A DNA stretch of 64,000 nucleotides from Octopus vulgaris. Lineage: Eukaryota. Under the pieces are notes generated by a model. That model was given only the letters and a program-made list of their open reading frames with translations. It searched no databases and was not told the DNA's origin. The position numbers were made by a program, and so were the translations under genes. Shown one piece after another: positions 42,355 to 55,882 of this stretch; position 1 is the stretch's first letter; every line of letters starts with the position of its first letter. The stretch covers positions 121,272,001 to 121,336,000 of the forward strand of contig OX597814.1 in NCBI GenBank assembly GCA_951406725.2, read 5' to 3'.

Positions 42355-43529
42355 GTTTATCTATCTAATCTATCTATCTAACGACTTGGTGTCTGTGTAT
42401 TTGTATCCTCGGCAATATACCCATTATATAAACATGTTACATAAATCATCGCAATTAATGAAACATTCACGGAAACAAATATTATAGTGACAATCCCTTT
42501 TGAGCTACAGATTGACGCCATATAAAAATATCAAAGAATTATCACACGTAAAAAATTTATAGGCCTTCATGTACGCTGTCACATTGATAAATACTGTTTT
42601 AACGATCTTACTTAACATTCTTCGTGCCTGTACACACGTACACACAACACAGATAAACATGTGTATGCATGTATATAGTTATATATTTATGTGCACTTAC
42701 ATAAACATATATATGTATGTATGTATCAAATGTTACTGTTTGTATGTATGTATGTATGTATGTATGTATGTATGTATCTAAAACCGTGAAAATGTCAACA
42801 CGGCGGATGAATGAGATAAAAAGCGAATGTCGAGGTTAATCCAGCGTAATGAAAGAATGATCGGGATATCATTTATAATTCATCATGGAAGGGAGAAAGA
42901 ACGGTGTAAGATAATTAACTCACACGAAATATTATTGATTGAAACTAATTACATACAATAAAAGAATTAAAAAACTGCAGAAAAAAAAAGATGAAATAAT
43001 TCGGAGCAATTAGAGACTAATTATTAATGAGAAGCCAAAATCAAATGTAAGCCGTTGAATATTTTCAATATGAAATAATTGCTGTAAAGAAATGGTGCGG
43101 GGAAAGATATCCCGATTCACCTATGCTCTATGATTAAATTGAACATGTAATTTGTTCTACATAACTGCATATGATTGATCAACATATTTAGTAACATTGT
43201 GCATAGATTCTTACTGTTACATCATTAACATTATGTTATCCATGTATGATGCTTGAATATCTTATTATAAGCTTGTAATTGTAGCTCTGTTTTTGAAATT
43301 ACAAGCTATAGGTTTAGTGTTCTGAAACCATGTTGGGAGATATAAGCATAGATGTTGGGAGCAATCTGAGTTTATGTTTATATTAGAAGCTGGGAAATAT
43401 GTAGATATGCAAATATGTAAAAAAAAAATGTTACTTTTAACTAAACATGTGGACATTCGTTATGTTTAACAAAGTAATTAGGAAGCTATTGAGTCTATTA
43501 TATTTCTTATTAGAACTTATTTCCGCGGA

Positions 43530-43760
43530 AGGCGGCAAGTTGGCAGAAACGTTAGCACGCCGGGCAAAATGGGTAGCAGTATTTCGACTGTCGTTACGTT
43601 CTGAGTTCAAATTCCACCGAGGTCGACTTTGCTTTTCATCCTTTCGGGGTCAATAAATAAAGTACCAGTTTCGCACTGGAGTCGATGTAATCGACTTAAT
43701 CCCTTTGTCTTTCCTTGTTTGTCCCATCTTTGTTTAACCCCTTGTGTGCAGTAAAGAAAT
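43530..43760 (+). mobile_element. tRNA-derived SINE (family B); reverse copy at about 51940-52160
   Basis: ggcggcaagttggcagaaacgttagcacgc...gagttcaaattcc...catcctttcggggtc...gtcgatgtaatcgacttaatccc matches the reverse complement of 51985-52159. Confidence 0.85.
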
Positions 43761-44219
43761 ATATTATAACTTATCTCCGCGGCGCAGGGTCGCTGCTGGG
43801 TTTCGCTGAAGGAGTTGGTTTAAAAGGATTTGATATCGGAATTTTGAGGTATATTTTCACATTCAGTGATAATTTGTGTGATTATTTTCTTTTTCTATCA
43901 TTATAGGTTTTCTCTGTACTCGAAACAAAAGAGTGAAGCTTTAAACAAGGAGACTCGATCAGCATTGCTTTTATGTTCTCTTCAAATCTGACGTATAAAA
44001 CAATGTCAATATAGATTGCCGATATTATTTTGCAACATATGTGTGGTTGCTATTTCTTTTTTTCTTTTTTTTTTTTTTTTTCCAATTTTCATTTGTTCTT
44101 TCACTTCCATTAATGCAAAACTATTTGACTAATATACTCGTGCTTCCGCGAATTACACACGCAACACGCACTCACAAACCCTCCCATACATACACACACA
44201 TGTACAAACATATACACAT

Positions 44220-44250
<31 letters not shown>

Positions 44251-45854
44251 CACGGAGCGAAAGAAAGACAAAAATATTTTTAGTTCATTGATCTTTTTCC
44301 TTTACGTGGTTCAGTTCAGTACGGTAGCTGACCGCAGTGGAACGATTCAGTGAGTTCCCTGTTGCCCTATGCAGTGTATAGTTTATATTTTGGGTGTTTT
44401 CGTTGCTTATATATGTGAATGAAGCCCACTAACAAAATCATTAGAGTTTCACATAGAATGCTTTCCAGTATTCTTTTAGTTTCTCTGCCTTTCGAATTCA
44501 AATCATGTTCTAAAATGGTTACTTTTCATCCCTTCATTGTCAGTCAAGTTACTGGCATGATATTTTCTCCCCACCCCACTCTTTCTGATTCTCGTTCTCT
44601 CTCTCTCTCTCTTTCTCTATGTTTTCTCTTTCTTTCTCTCTCTTTCTCTGTTTTTTCTCTATCTTTCTCTCTCTCTTTTTGTGTTTTCTCTTCTTTTCTC
44701 TTTGGTGGAATTCTTCATCTTTACCTTTTATATGTACATATGTATATATGTTTTTCGCTTTCTTTTTCTCTCTACATTTTACCTACAATATCAAATTCCA
44801 GCTTAGCCAACCGAGTGAAATGATGAATGAGGATTACCTTAAGTAACATTTTTGCGGGTATTATTCAGCAGTTTGAACGTTGATTTCGTGAACGGAACTC
44901 TATCATTTTTGTTTGTAGATGATGACAAAATAAATGAACCGATTATGCATTGGCTAAGTACGTACGTTGATTGAGGCGACGCAGATGAAAGACGTAGCGA
45001 GAATATATTTGATGCCTTCAAAAGATTTCATTAACTTCTACTAATTTTTTCTATGTATAATTGAAATAACTATTGAAAATGTTGGTACACGCAACGAAAA
45101 TTTTTGGAAAATAAAAATAAGAAATAAGTGGAAATTTTACCGGTGAGAGTGTTAAATAATAAGGCACAAAAAGAAAATAACTCTCTCCAGACACAGCAGA
45201 ATATGCTTCAACACACGAACTCATATAAAGAATCTTGCAAACGAAATTCAAAAACGAAATGAAATAACTGTTTTCTTTCAAAGGATGAATGCTGTAATGC
45301 ATGTGTTTTGTTTTAATTTATTGCATTTTATAAGGAATGTATTAATTATTAATACCTTGTTAATTGTTTTTTAAGTATCCGAATATTGATAGCATATTAA
45401 TGTAACTTTCAAATTTTTTGTACAACTTGTACTTCTTGATATTTTCGCAATGTATACTAAAAGCGTCAATAATCGTATGACAAAACCGTTAGAATAATGT
45501 CTTCATTTGTCGATTACTATAATATTTGTGGCTCGTAATTTTTATATACTCTCCACAATTAACAAAAGAATAAAGAGTTGAATGTTGTGTTCTCACATTC
45601 GAGTACTCTTTAAGAAAGATGCCTCGACTACAATTCAGGCATATACACTTTACTTTAATTCCATTGCAATTAATACAGTCTACTCTATCGTAGTGATAGT
45701 TGTGTAGGTGAGTGACTCATCGTTGTTATTGATTTCCCTCTGACAAAAGAAGTTGCCTTCCTACTGCATTTCAAGAATAACCAATAAAATCCGATGGAGG
45801 ACTGGCTTCTGTTTCATTCTGACAATGGACTGGACATAGCTGAGATTTATTATA

Positions 45855-47116
<1,262 letters not shown>

Positions 47117-47216
47117 NNNNNNNNNNNNNNNNNNNNNNNNNNNNNNNNNNNNNNNNNNNNNNNNNNNNNNNNNNNNNNNNNNNNNNNNNNNNNNNNNNNN
47201 NNNNNNNNNNNNNNNN
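47117..47216. other. Assembly gap (100 N)
   Basis: Run of N. Confidence 1.
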
Positions 47217-47802
47217 ATTGACATACGTATATAATGGAAGAAAAGCTTTGTGTTTAATTTCATTTCTTTCTAATCCACTGAAATATTTTAAAGTTATTTA
47301 TGATCTTCTTAAGAGTCGTTTGAAGTTACTTTTCAATAGCTCTTAGCAAGAGATTGTAAAATAAATTTATTATATATTTTCCATAGGGATTACACTATAT
47401 TTGTAAAGATGAACTAAACTTAATATCTTGTGTTTCCTTCGCTTTATCTATTTTTGTAATAATGCTCGAGTTTGTTACATGTTACTAGTGAGAATTGATC
47501 TTCTCCACAAGAAGCGCTTCTAATTTACACATCCTACAGATTTACTGCAGATGTTTTCAACTAAGAATTTCTATAGTTGAACAAGCTGTGTTTATATCTC
47601 CATATATTCTTGGACAATATAGAAACATCAAGTCGTTAGACTTTTAGGCTCCTATATTTCAGTAAATGACGTAATACTAGATTTAAGAAACAATATTTGC
47701 AGTGTTGTCAAAGATATATAGTTGTAATTTTGATTTAGGTGGTGTATGTGTGTCTGTATATATATATATATATATATATATCAAGTACTCACCCCGAATT
47801 TC

Positions 47803-47833
<31 letters not shown>

Positions 47834-48031
47834 TATATCGCCATGATAGATTGCTAGCCACTACACATTCTTTATTTTCTCTCCTTGTATTTTTCTGTGT
47901 TCCTTTCTGTGTAAAAACGTAGACTCGAAACGTTTAAGACTTTTTCACTTCCCGAGTTTTATACTTATACTAATACATCTCTTTGTTGTCTACACCTCCT
48001 GTCTTCGTCTTTTTTTTGTGTGAATTCTCCA

Positions 48032-48065
<34 letters not shown>

Positions 48066-48150
48066 ACTTAGAATAACTTAGAAAGGTTTTGGCCAGTATT
48101 GGCCCAGGCCATGTCTAACTTAATAGCACCACCTGGCGAAGTCTTTCAGT

Positions 48151-51100
48151 TCAGGATTTGGGCACCAAGGCCCATTCGAGCAGAGAGTTATTGTTTGCGG
48201 AGACATATCCGGGTGTGGATGGTTTGTCCGGTACTGTTTGAAGGAATTTGTCCAAAGACTTCTTGAATTTTGTGTGGTCAGTTTCTTTTTTGACGTGTCC
48301 TGGTGTAATGTTGAAGAGAGCGGGTCCAATTGAGGTGAAATAGTTGTGCCGTATTGTCGTTATGTGATGCGATTTAGATTTTTGTTGTGGACGGATGGCA
48401 CGTGGTCCAAGCCTTGGATGCATTTTGAAGGTGATGCCAACATCATTCGGACAGTGCTGATGGAATATTTTCCACATCATACAGATAATGTAGCGTTCAC
48501 GGCGTCGTTGGAGTGAATACAATTTCAGCTTCTCTAGTCTACCCCAGTAGTCAAGGTCTGACATGCCATCTATCTTTTTTGTGATTGACCTTTGGGGAGC
48601 TTCAATTCTCATAATATTTTGTTTTGTGTAGGGAGACCACAGTGGACAGCAGTATTCAAGGTGGGGTCGGGCAAAAGTGGAGAAGAGAAGGATAATAGCG
48701 TGGGAATCTCTCGACTGGAAGGTTCTGAGAATCCAGGAACACATTCTGCGGGCCATGTCAACTTTGCTGCTTATATGTGTAGCCCAGCTTATGTTGTTGT
48801 CCACTGTTACTCCCAGGTCTCTGATGTTGTTGGATGCCATGAGAATTTCTCCAGAAGGAAAAGAGTATGGGAGTTTCAGAGCGTCCTCCCTTCCAAAGTG
48901 GATCAGTTCGAATTTGTCTTCATTTAGCAACATGTTATTCTTTTCCGCCCATTGGACAACAGCTAGTAGGTCTGACTGAAGGTTTATTCGGTCATCCACG
49001 CCATTGATGACCTTCTGGAGCTTGGAATCATCAGCGAAGGTTCTGATGTTGCTGTGTTTGATGGTGTCAGTAATATCATTTATGTAGATGATGAAGAGAA
49101 GTGGGCCCAACACAGTGCCTTGTGGGACACCACTGCTGACTTTGGCTGGGCTGGATTTGACTCCTTCGACTACAACATGTTGGGTTCTGTTAGAGAGGAA
49201 GCACTTGATCCATTGCAGCAGCTTTCCAGTGACACCAATATTGGACAGCTTTCTCAGAAGGATCTTATGATCAACCCTGTCAAAGGCCTTGCTGAAATCA
49301 AGGTAGATGACATCAGTGTTGGAACCCTCTCCCAAGGCTCTCAAAATGTCATCAAAATGATGCAGTAGCTGCGTCAGGCAATCTCTCCCATTACGGAATC
49401 CATGCTGGTTGGGGTTCAGCATATTATGACTCTCAAGGAAGTGAGTCATACGCGATCTCAGCACCCTCTCAAATACCTTGATGATATGAGAGGTGAGTGA
49501 GATTGGACGGTAATTCACGGCAAGCGATTTGTTTCCTTTTTTGAAAACTGGGACAACAGACTGGGATAGAAGGTCTTCTGGTATATATCCAGCATCCAAT
49601 GAGTTCCGCCACAGATTGGCTAGAGGGGGTGCAAGTTGGTTTTGACACATCTTCAAGACACAAGCAGGGAACCTATCGGGACCTACTGCTGAATTATGCT
49701 TCATTTCCTTTATTGCTGCTAAGACATCAGGAGCGCCAAATGTTATGTCCGATAAAGTGTATTGGGGAGTAACATCACTGATACAGCCCAGATCAGTCAT
49801 ATCAGGATTGCTGAAAACAGAGCAATATTGTTTCTGCAATATTTCTCCCATGGTTTTGGCATTGTCTTGAAGAATACCATTTTCATCAATCAGAGGGCCA
49901 ACAGTAGAACCAGTGACTCTGTGTTTTTTTGCAAATGAAAAGAACACTTTGGGATTGAGTTTGATCTTCTCAATGGCCCAGGCCTCTTCAGCTCTTCGCT
50001 GACTATTGATGATAGACATCATGTTGTTTTGGAGTTTATGTTTTTTAATCTCTAGCGACGAGATGGCAGTCAGGTTGGTGTGTTGCTGTTGACAATATTT
50101 CAGCATGTTGATCTTTTTGTTGATTCTTTTAATTTTCCTGATGAGAGATTTTCTATTTCTAGGGATTCGACACTTAGATTTGTTTGCAGATCTTAATGGG
50201 GTGTGTCTTGCACATATGTTCGTGATGGTGTCTACAAGTGACTGCCAGGACTTTTTGATGTTAGTGGGTGTGTATGTGTGCGTGAAGGACCAATCGACTT
50301 GTGCAAGATCATTATTGATCGCTTCCCAGTTTGCATTGTGGAAATCCATAGTGTCAAATGGATGAACAGGAGGGATGACATTTGTTTTGCATTTTGGCCA
50401 GTGAAATCTCAGATCACAGAGAACCATGTCATGGTCGGAGAGTAGGGTTTTCTCCACTGCAATATTGTGGATAGTATCAGTGTGATTGCTGAAAATTAAG
50501 TCTAAGACGTTTTTGTGACATCTCGTTGGTTCGAGTACCAGTTGGGACAAGAAGAAGTCATCCATGAAGTCAAGAAGCGATTCCACTGCCTCCCTGTCAG
50601 GGGTTGAGAGAGAAGAACCTGGCGGCAGACTGTTTATAGACCAGTCAACCCCGGGAAGGTTGAAATCTCCCATCATTAAAATGTTGTCAGGTTGACACTG
50701 CTGAATGAAACACTTTATGCTGTTGAGGCATTCCTTGAAGCATGGTAGGGGCGTTTGGGGTGGTCTGTAGAGCCCAACTACTGTTAAGTTGTTGGTTTGA
50801 CTGAATACAGCGACTGCTTCGCAGTATCCATTCGAAAATATGTTCATGGCTTCTGTTGAGAATGAATCATGGACATAAATGGCAGTCCCACCCTTTCTTC
50901 TGCCAACACGATCAGCACGAATGGTTTTGAAATTTTTAACTTTCACCTCGGCTTCCAAGTGGAGGTCACTAAGATGGGTTTCAGTGAGGACGAAGAAAGG
51001 GATGTGGTTTGGATGGGCCTCGACCCAGTCCTCCAGGAATCTTATCTTCCATTTTTGTGTATTGGTGGAAGGGCTGATGCCTTGGGCATTAAGCAGAAAT

Positions 51101-51168
51101 GTTGAGGCGAGAGTGGATGGTTTTAATTGTTTTGGTGATTTGTTTATTTGATTGCTTTTTAATGGCAT
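48151..51168 (-). CDS. LINE ORF2: AP-endonuclease + reverse transcriptase (1005 aa)
   Basis: APE motifs LNAQG, LTETHL, GLYRPP, MGDFNLP, LDLIFSN and LSDHD. RT motifs NYRPISLTS, YLDFSKAFDRVDH, GVPQGTVLGPLLF, FADDSK and LEYCCPLWSP. Confidence 0.97.
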   Translation of the reverse strand: MPLKSNQINKSPKQLKPSTLASTFLLNAQGISPSTNTQKWKIRFLEDWVEAHPNHIPFFVLTETHLSDLHLEAEVKVKNFKTIRADRVGRRKGGTAIYVHDSFSTEAMNIFSNGYCEAVAVFSQTNNLTVVGLYRPPQTPLPCFKECLNSIKCFIQQCQPDNILMMGDFNLPGVDWSINSLPPGSSLSTPDREAVESLLDFMDDFFLSQLVLEPTRCHKNVLDLIFSNHTDTIHNIAVEKTLLSDHDMVLCDLRFHWPKCKTNVIPPVHPFDTMDFHNANWEAINNDLAQVDWSFTHTYTPTNIKKSWQSLVDTITNICARHTPLRSANKSKCRIPRNRKSLIRKIKRINKKINMLKYCQQQHTNLTAISSLEIKKHKLQNNMMSIINSQRRAEEAWAIEKIKLNPKVFFSFAKKHRVTGSTVGPLIDENGILQDNAKTMGEILQKQYCSVFSNPDMTDLGCISDVTPQYTLSDITFGAPDVLAAIKEMKHNSAVGPDRFPACVLKMCQNQLAPPLANLWRNSLDAGYIPEDLLSQSVVPVFKKGNKSLAVNYRPISLTSHIIKVFERVLRSRMTHFLESHNMLNPNQHGFRNGRDCLTQLLHHFDDILRALGEGSNTDVIYLDFSKAFDRVDHKILLRKLSNIGVTGKLLQWIKCFLSNRTQHVVVEGVKSSPAKVSSGVPQGTVLGPLLFIIYINDITDTIKHSNIRTFADDSKLQKVINGVDDRINLQSDLLAVVQWAEKNNMLLNEDKFELIHFGREDALKLPYSFPSGEILMASNNIRDLGVTVDNNISWATHISSKVDMARRMCSWILRTFQSRDSHAIILLFSTFARPHLEYCCPLWSPYTKQNIMRIEAPQRSITKKIDGMSDLDYWGRLEKLKLYSLQRRRERYIICMMWKIFHQHCPNDVGITFKMHPRLGPRAIRPQQKSKSHHITTIRHNYFTSIGPALFNITPGHVKKETDHTKFKKSLDKFLQTVPDKPSTPGYVSANNNSLLEWALVPKS

Positions 51169-51410
51169 GTGTAGTGGGGTAATAGTGGTGGATGGCGGTG
51201 GGTGATAGCTCGGATGTTTTTTTCCAGTTCTTTTGCTAGATTCATTATAGCTAAAAAAGAGGAAGAAGAGGAAGAGGAGGTGGTTTCCTGTCTAGGGAAC
51301 CGCAGGTGACTGTGGCTGCGGCTATTTTTATGTGAGTGGTTATCTTTAAATGTCCGACGAGTCCCCGGGAGATGGGTAAAGGGGCAATCCCTGTGCAAGG
51401 GAGCATCAGC
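51159..51410 (-). pseudogene. C-terminal remnant of LINE ORF1
   Basis: Open frame RDCPFTHLPGTRR... (end of a Cys/His finger-like motif). Its stop codon overlaps the ORF2 start (ATGCCATTAA). Confidence 0.5.
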
Positions 51411-51612
51411 CACCCCTACATCAGACAGTGGCTCTTCTCAAAGTTCGAAAGGCTCGCAAGTAGTGAAGCAGACAAATCTACTGCTGATGCTAACCCTGAA
51501 TCGCAAGCTACAGAAATTACTTCAGAGTAAGTATGGGTCTTAACTGGCTGTAGTGTCTTTGTTGAGAGAGAGAGACATACATACATGCGTACATACAGAC
51601 AGACACGCACTC

Positions 51613-51756
<144 letters not shown>

Positions 51757-52509
51757 AGATAGACATATCCATAGAAAACTGCAAAATCCTCATGCGCTAA
51801 TGTAAACGATTACGCAATATCTTGCAGGTACGTCTCTGCATTTGTGTACAATAATCATAAAATATATTCAAATAGTCGCGCTAGAAAGTGAGTAGAAACC
51901 CTAACAACTATTCACAGTAACAAAGTCACCTCAAACTTATTTCTTTATTACCCTCAAGGGGCTAAACATAGACAAGGACAGACAATGGGATTAAGTCGTT
52001 TACATCGACCCAAGTGCGTAACTGGTACTTAATTCATCGACCCCGAAAGAATGACAGGCAAAGTCGATCTCGGCAGAATTTGAACTCAGAACGTAACGGC
52101 AGACGAAATATCGCTAAGCATTTCGCCCAGCGTGCTAACGTTTCTGCCAGCTCGCCGCCTCAGTCTTAACATACCTAAAATATCCATTTTGAAATGAATT
52201 CATAGATTTTAAAGTGGCATTACATCGTCAATTTCAATTGTGTTAAGTGTCCAACTGACTTAGCTACAAACAATTTTATGGACCCTAACACAAAGCAAAA
52301 GCTCATTTTCTCGATAAAAAATATTATAAATTATTTTTCACTCATGTGTTTACACTTTTACTTACAACCTTTGTTGAACTCTTTATCATACAAGAAAATC
52401 CCAGACCAAAATAAGATGGCCTCACCATGAACCTTCTACCAACTCACTCTCTATAAACACACACACACACATACACATACACACACACACACATACACAT
52501 ACACACACG

Positions 52510-52540
<31 letters not shown>

Positions 52541-53453
52541 GCGCGCGCGCGCACACACACATATATATATATACGTACATTACCTCTCATCTCTTTTCTT
52601 CTATTGCACATATCTGCACAACTACATCTCCGGTCGAGGTATATCACACTTAATTAACATTTATATGGCTCTGCCTACACAAAATGTTACTATCCAAACA
52701 GAATGCAAATAAAGCACAATTTCAAGAAGACAAGCAAGTCGAAGCTTCGAAGTCTCTATCAACATTATCCATCTAAAAGTTAGTACATATGGAGTTAGCA
52801 ACATATGTTTAGTAAACCTTCAGTTTCACGTTAAATTATTTTTATATCTGACTTCATTAATACGCATATATACGTGTGTGTGTTTGTGTAAATATATAGT
52901 CATGTATACATAAATATATGTACATTTTTAACCTATAAATAACTATATGCCTATAAATTATATATATGCATCTCCATACGTTTTCCCCATCTAATGGTGC
53001 ACTTCCATTTATTTCCTACTGTCACCACACTATAACCATATTTTATCTCACTCTACTTCCCTTTCATTAAGTTCACTATTTTAACCAAATATAAATCCCA
53101 GTTTGGTATATTATATAGGGAAAATATTCTCTCGTCAAATATTGATTTGAGAGACTAGTAACCTCAAAACTTGGAAAGAAAGAGTCATATCATATAAACA
53201 CATACCCACATATACATACACAGACGCACATATATTTAGCTATCTATCTACTTATTTATCTATCTACACCCATATATATGCACACACATATTCATACATA
53301 CATACTTATATATATATATACATATTTATATATGTATATATATATATATATATTATACGGAGTAAACACATAAATGTGAAACAAGGTGGAAAAAAGAGTA
53401 CTCAAATACCAGTGGTAGAGTAATATGCTGCTTAAAATAAAGTATATATATAT

Positions 53454-53502
<49 letters not shown>

Positions 53503-53509
53503 GCACACA

Positions 53510-54052
53510 TGTATGTCATTATTCAGTTTATTTCAAGAGTTCATGCCAAATAGAGAATGAACCTGTTTCTAATATAAGATCCAAGGCTCATTCATTGGTA
53601 TTTTAACATCAACAACAGGGTATTTTTGTATGTATATATGTACATGTAGATTTGTATACTTTATGTATGTATTCTTATGCATATAGTTACATATCTAGAC
53701 ATGCTCATATATATTTAAATGATAAACTTTTGGAAAGTTTTACAGAATTTTACAATTCCAGTGATTAACTGGATCCGCAGTCTTCGAATTAGCTTACCCC
53801 TTTCTGGTATCGAAAAGCCTAATTTCTCAAGATTGGTATTTAGGCAGTGTTTTGCATATCCTACGGCCCCAATGATTACAGGTATAAACCTGAAATTCGT
53901 AATCTGGATAGAGTAACCTCAGATTCCTCATTTGTTCAGCATAGGTGTTCTCTTTTTCACCGATCTTCAGCTGGGCAGCTAATTTCCATAACTGTGCACA
54001 GTTCCTCTTGTCTATCCCAAATCCTTTATCAGGTCTGTCGTGCTTACATTTT
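53510..54052 (-). mobile_element. REL-endonuclease LINE (R4/Dong/NeSL-like) 3' end
   Basis: The minus strand reads KCKHDRPD...WDRQEELCTVMEISCPA...FIPVIIGAVGY...VKFCKTFQKFII*, followed by a 3' UTR. Confidence 0.85.
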
Positions 54053-54175
54053 ATTCAGGTCTTCAGTGGAACCTTCCACCAGTAGTCCTTTTTTATTATG
54101 AGTGGCTATGGCTTCTACCATATTGTGGGTTTTTATTTCTTTGTCCTCGGGACTATTCTTCCGATGGATTTCATT

Positions 54176-54237
<62 letters not shown>

Positions 54238-54538
54238 ACACACATACACTCACAGGAACAAGCACGCACACACACAACCCATTAGCTTTCTCTTCCCAAC
54301 TGACAATTAACAAGAGGACATGTGGTCACGGAAATGACCGAATTTAATGTTTACATCATTGCGAGTTAAAACGAAAGATCGCCGGTTATCACATTTTACT
54401 GCTTTTCCTGCATTTCTATCCCTTCTGTGCATTAGGTACTTGGTTGATATTTCCTGTTCCTGGATTGCAAACGCATACCCTTCAAAGTGGGAGGTAGTAA
54501 TCCGGCTATTGGTTCATGATAAACTACTTCGATTATTG

Positions 54539-54676
54539 ATGTTACTATCATCACGAAGCTTTCTAACAACATATCCATGCAGCTCACAACCTCACGATCG
54601 TAAGCTCGACGCTCTAACCACTGAGCCATGCGCATGTTACTATTATCACGAAGCTTTCTAACAACATATCCATGCA
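54539..54676 (-). mobile_element. 52-bp tRNA/SINE head flanked by a 43-bp direct repeat
   Basis: Direct repeats at 54539-54581 and 54634-54676 (1 mismatch). The insert matches the 5' end of the SINE at 62567. Confidence 0.85.
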
Positions 54677-54679
54677 TAG

Positions 54680-55085
54680 TCTTCTACTGATATAGGATCA
54701 TCATTTCATCTGATGATACGTTGCGGTAGAGTCATGGGGCATCTTTTGGGCATGTATTCTAGGTTATACGACAAAGAGTGTTGATGAAGGAGCTGCTTTC
54801 CATGTCTTTTGATATTATCAGCCTCATGTATGGACACTTAGTCAAGGGATGCTTTTCGACACTTGATTGTTAAAAGATGTTGCGAAAGGGATATGATGCG
54901 ATATTCAAAGGCATTCTTTCGTTTTAGGTAGAGGTGGTCTACGCCACTGTTTATGTGTAAATTATGTGTGCTTGTCAGTATGTTACGGGTTTCCACATCA
55001 ATCGCTCGGATCTCATCTAGTGTCCAATGAAGCAGCCCAAATGTCTTTATGAATACTGATATATTGATACGGCTATGGAACATGT
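54680..55085 (-). mobile_element. REL LINE RT-thumb fragment (probably the same element as 53510-54052)
   Basis: TFGLLHWTLDEIRAIDVETRNILTSTHNLHINSGVDHLYLKRK. Confidence 0.8.
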
Positions 55086-55089
55086 ACAA

Positions 55090-55335
55090 CCTGTGGAAAG
55101 GTATGCATTTCCAGAGGTTGGAGGATAAAAATGACATGTCAAAGACTTCATACTGTGGAACCTGTACCTTCTGCTAGTCAGCACAACTGTGCATTATACA
55201 ATAAAATATGTAAATCTTCGGCAGGGCTCAAGAGTTATAGAAGGCCCTCAAATTGCGTTATCAATGACCCATATCAAGGATTCTTTCTAGCAATGATTTT
55301 GTTCGTATACGAGAAAGCAGCCACTATGTATGTCG
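55090..55335 (+). mobile_element. Possible RTE-like LINE 3' remnant with degenerate C2H2 motifs
   Basis: CGKVCIS... and NCALYNKICKSSAGLKSYR, then a short tail. Confidence 0.35.
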
Positions 55336-55579
55336 TGGGGGATGGTGTCTGTGCTTGGTGAGGTGTATGTATACAAGCTGAGAAATGATTTAGAAATTTC
55401 AGCCTGTTAGCGCTCAAACAATCTAAGAAAGCTTTAGCTAGCCGAAATTGTGAAGTCACTAGCACCCCTCTACTAAAGATGTCCTTTAGTAAAACGCATA
55501 AGCTTTCAATATAATGTTAAATTGCCTTTATATAGAACTTGGCAAAATTAATAAATATACATGTATACATACATATATA

Positions 55580-55786
55580 TGAGCACCACCAGCTCAAATA
55601 TTTTCTCCTCTGTCTTCCCTCCTTGGGATCTTTCCTTCTCCTTGTTTCCGACGAAGAGCTCCGCTCGAAACGTTAGCCCTCCTTCCCTTCTTTCCTGAGC
55701 GTCAATAATACTTTAATTGTTCCACGTCCTGCGTTGCTGTGTTTTTTTCTCATTTTTTCTCTTTTTTTCTGTGTTTTCTTGTTTGG

Positions 55787-55790
<4 letters not shown>
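55580..55790 (+). mobile_element. (TA)n-embedded short element with minimal hammerhead variant (55644-55677)
   Basis: guuu-CCGACGA-a gagc ucc gcuc-GAAA-cgu-UA. Stem II is perfect and AACGTT is palindromic. The core has U4->C. Confidence 0.6.
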
Positions 55791-55848
<58 letters not shown>

Positions 55849-55850
55849 TC

Positions 55851-55882
<32 letters not shown>

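Larger units (their letters stand above)
48063..51415 (-). mobile_element. CR1/L2-group LINE, 5'-truncated within ORF1, ORF2 intact
   Basis: Intact ORF2, a short 3' UTR ending in a tandem (ttctaagtta)x2 next to (TA)n, and an ORF1 C-terminal remnant upstream. Confidence 0.93.

Noticed and set aside
48592-51151. Several + strand ORFs of 60-111 aa
   Set aside because: Antisense shadows of the LINE ORF2.
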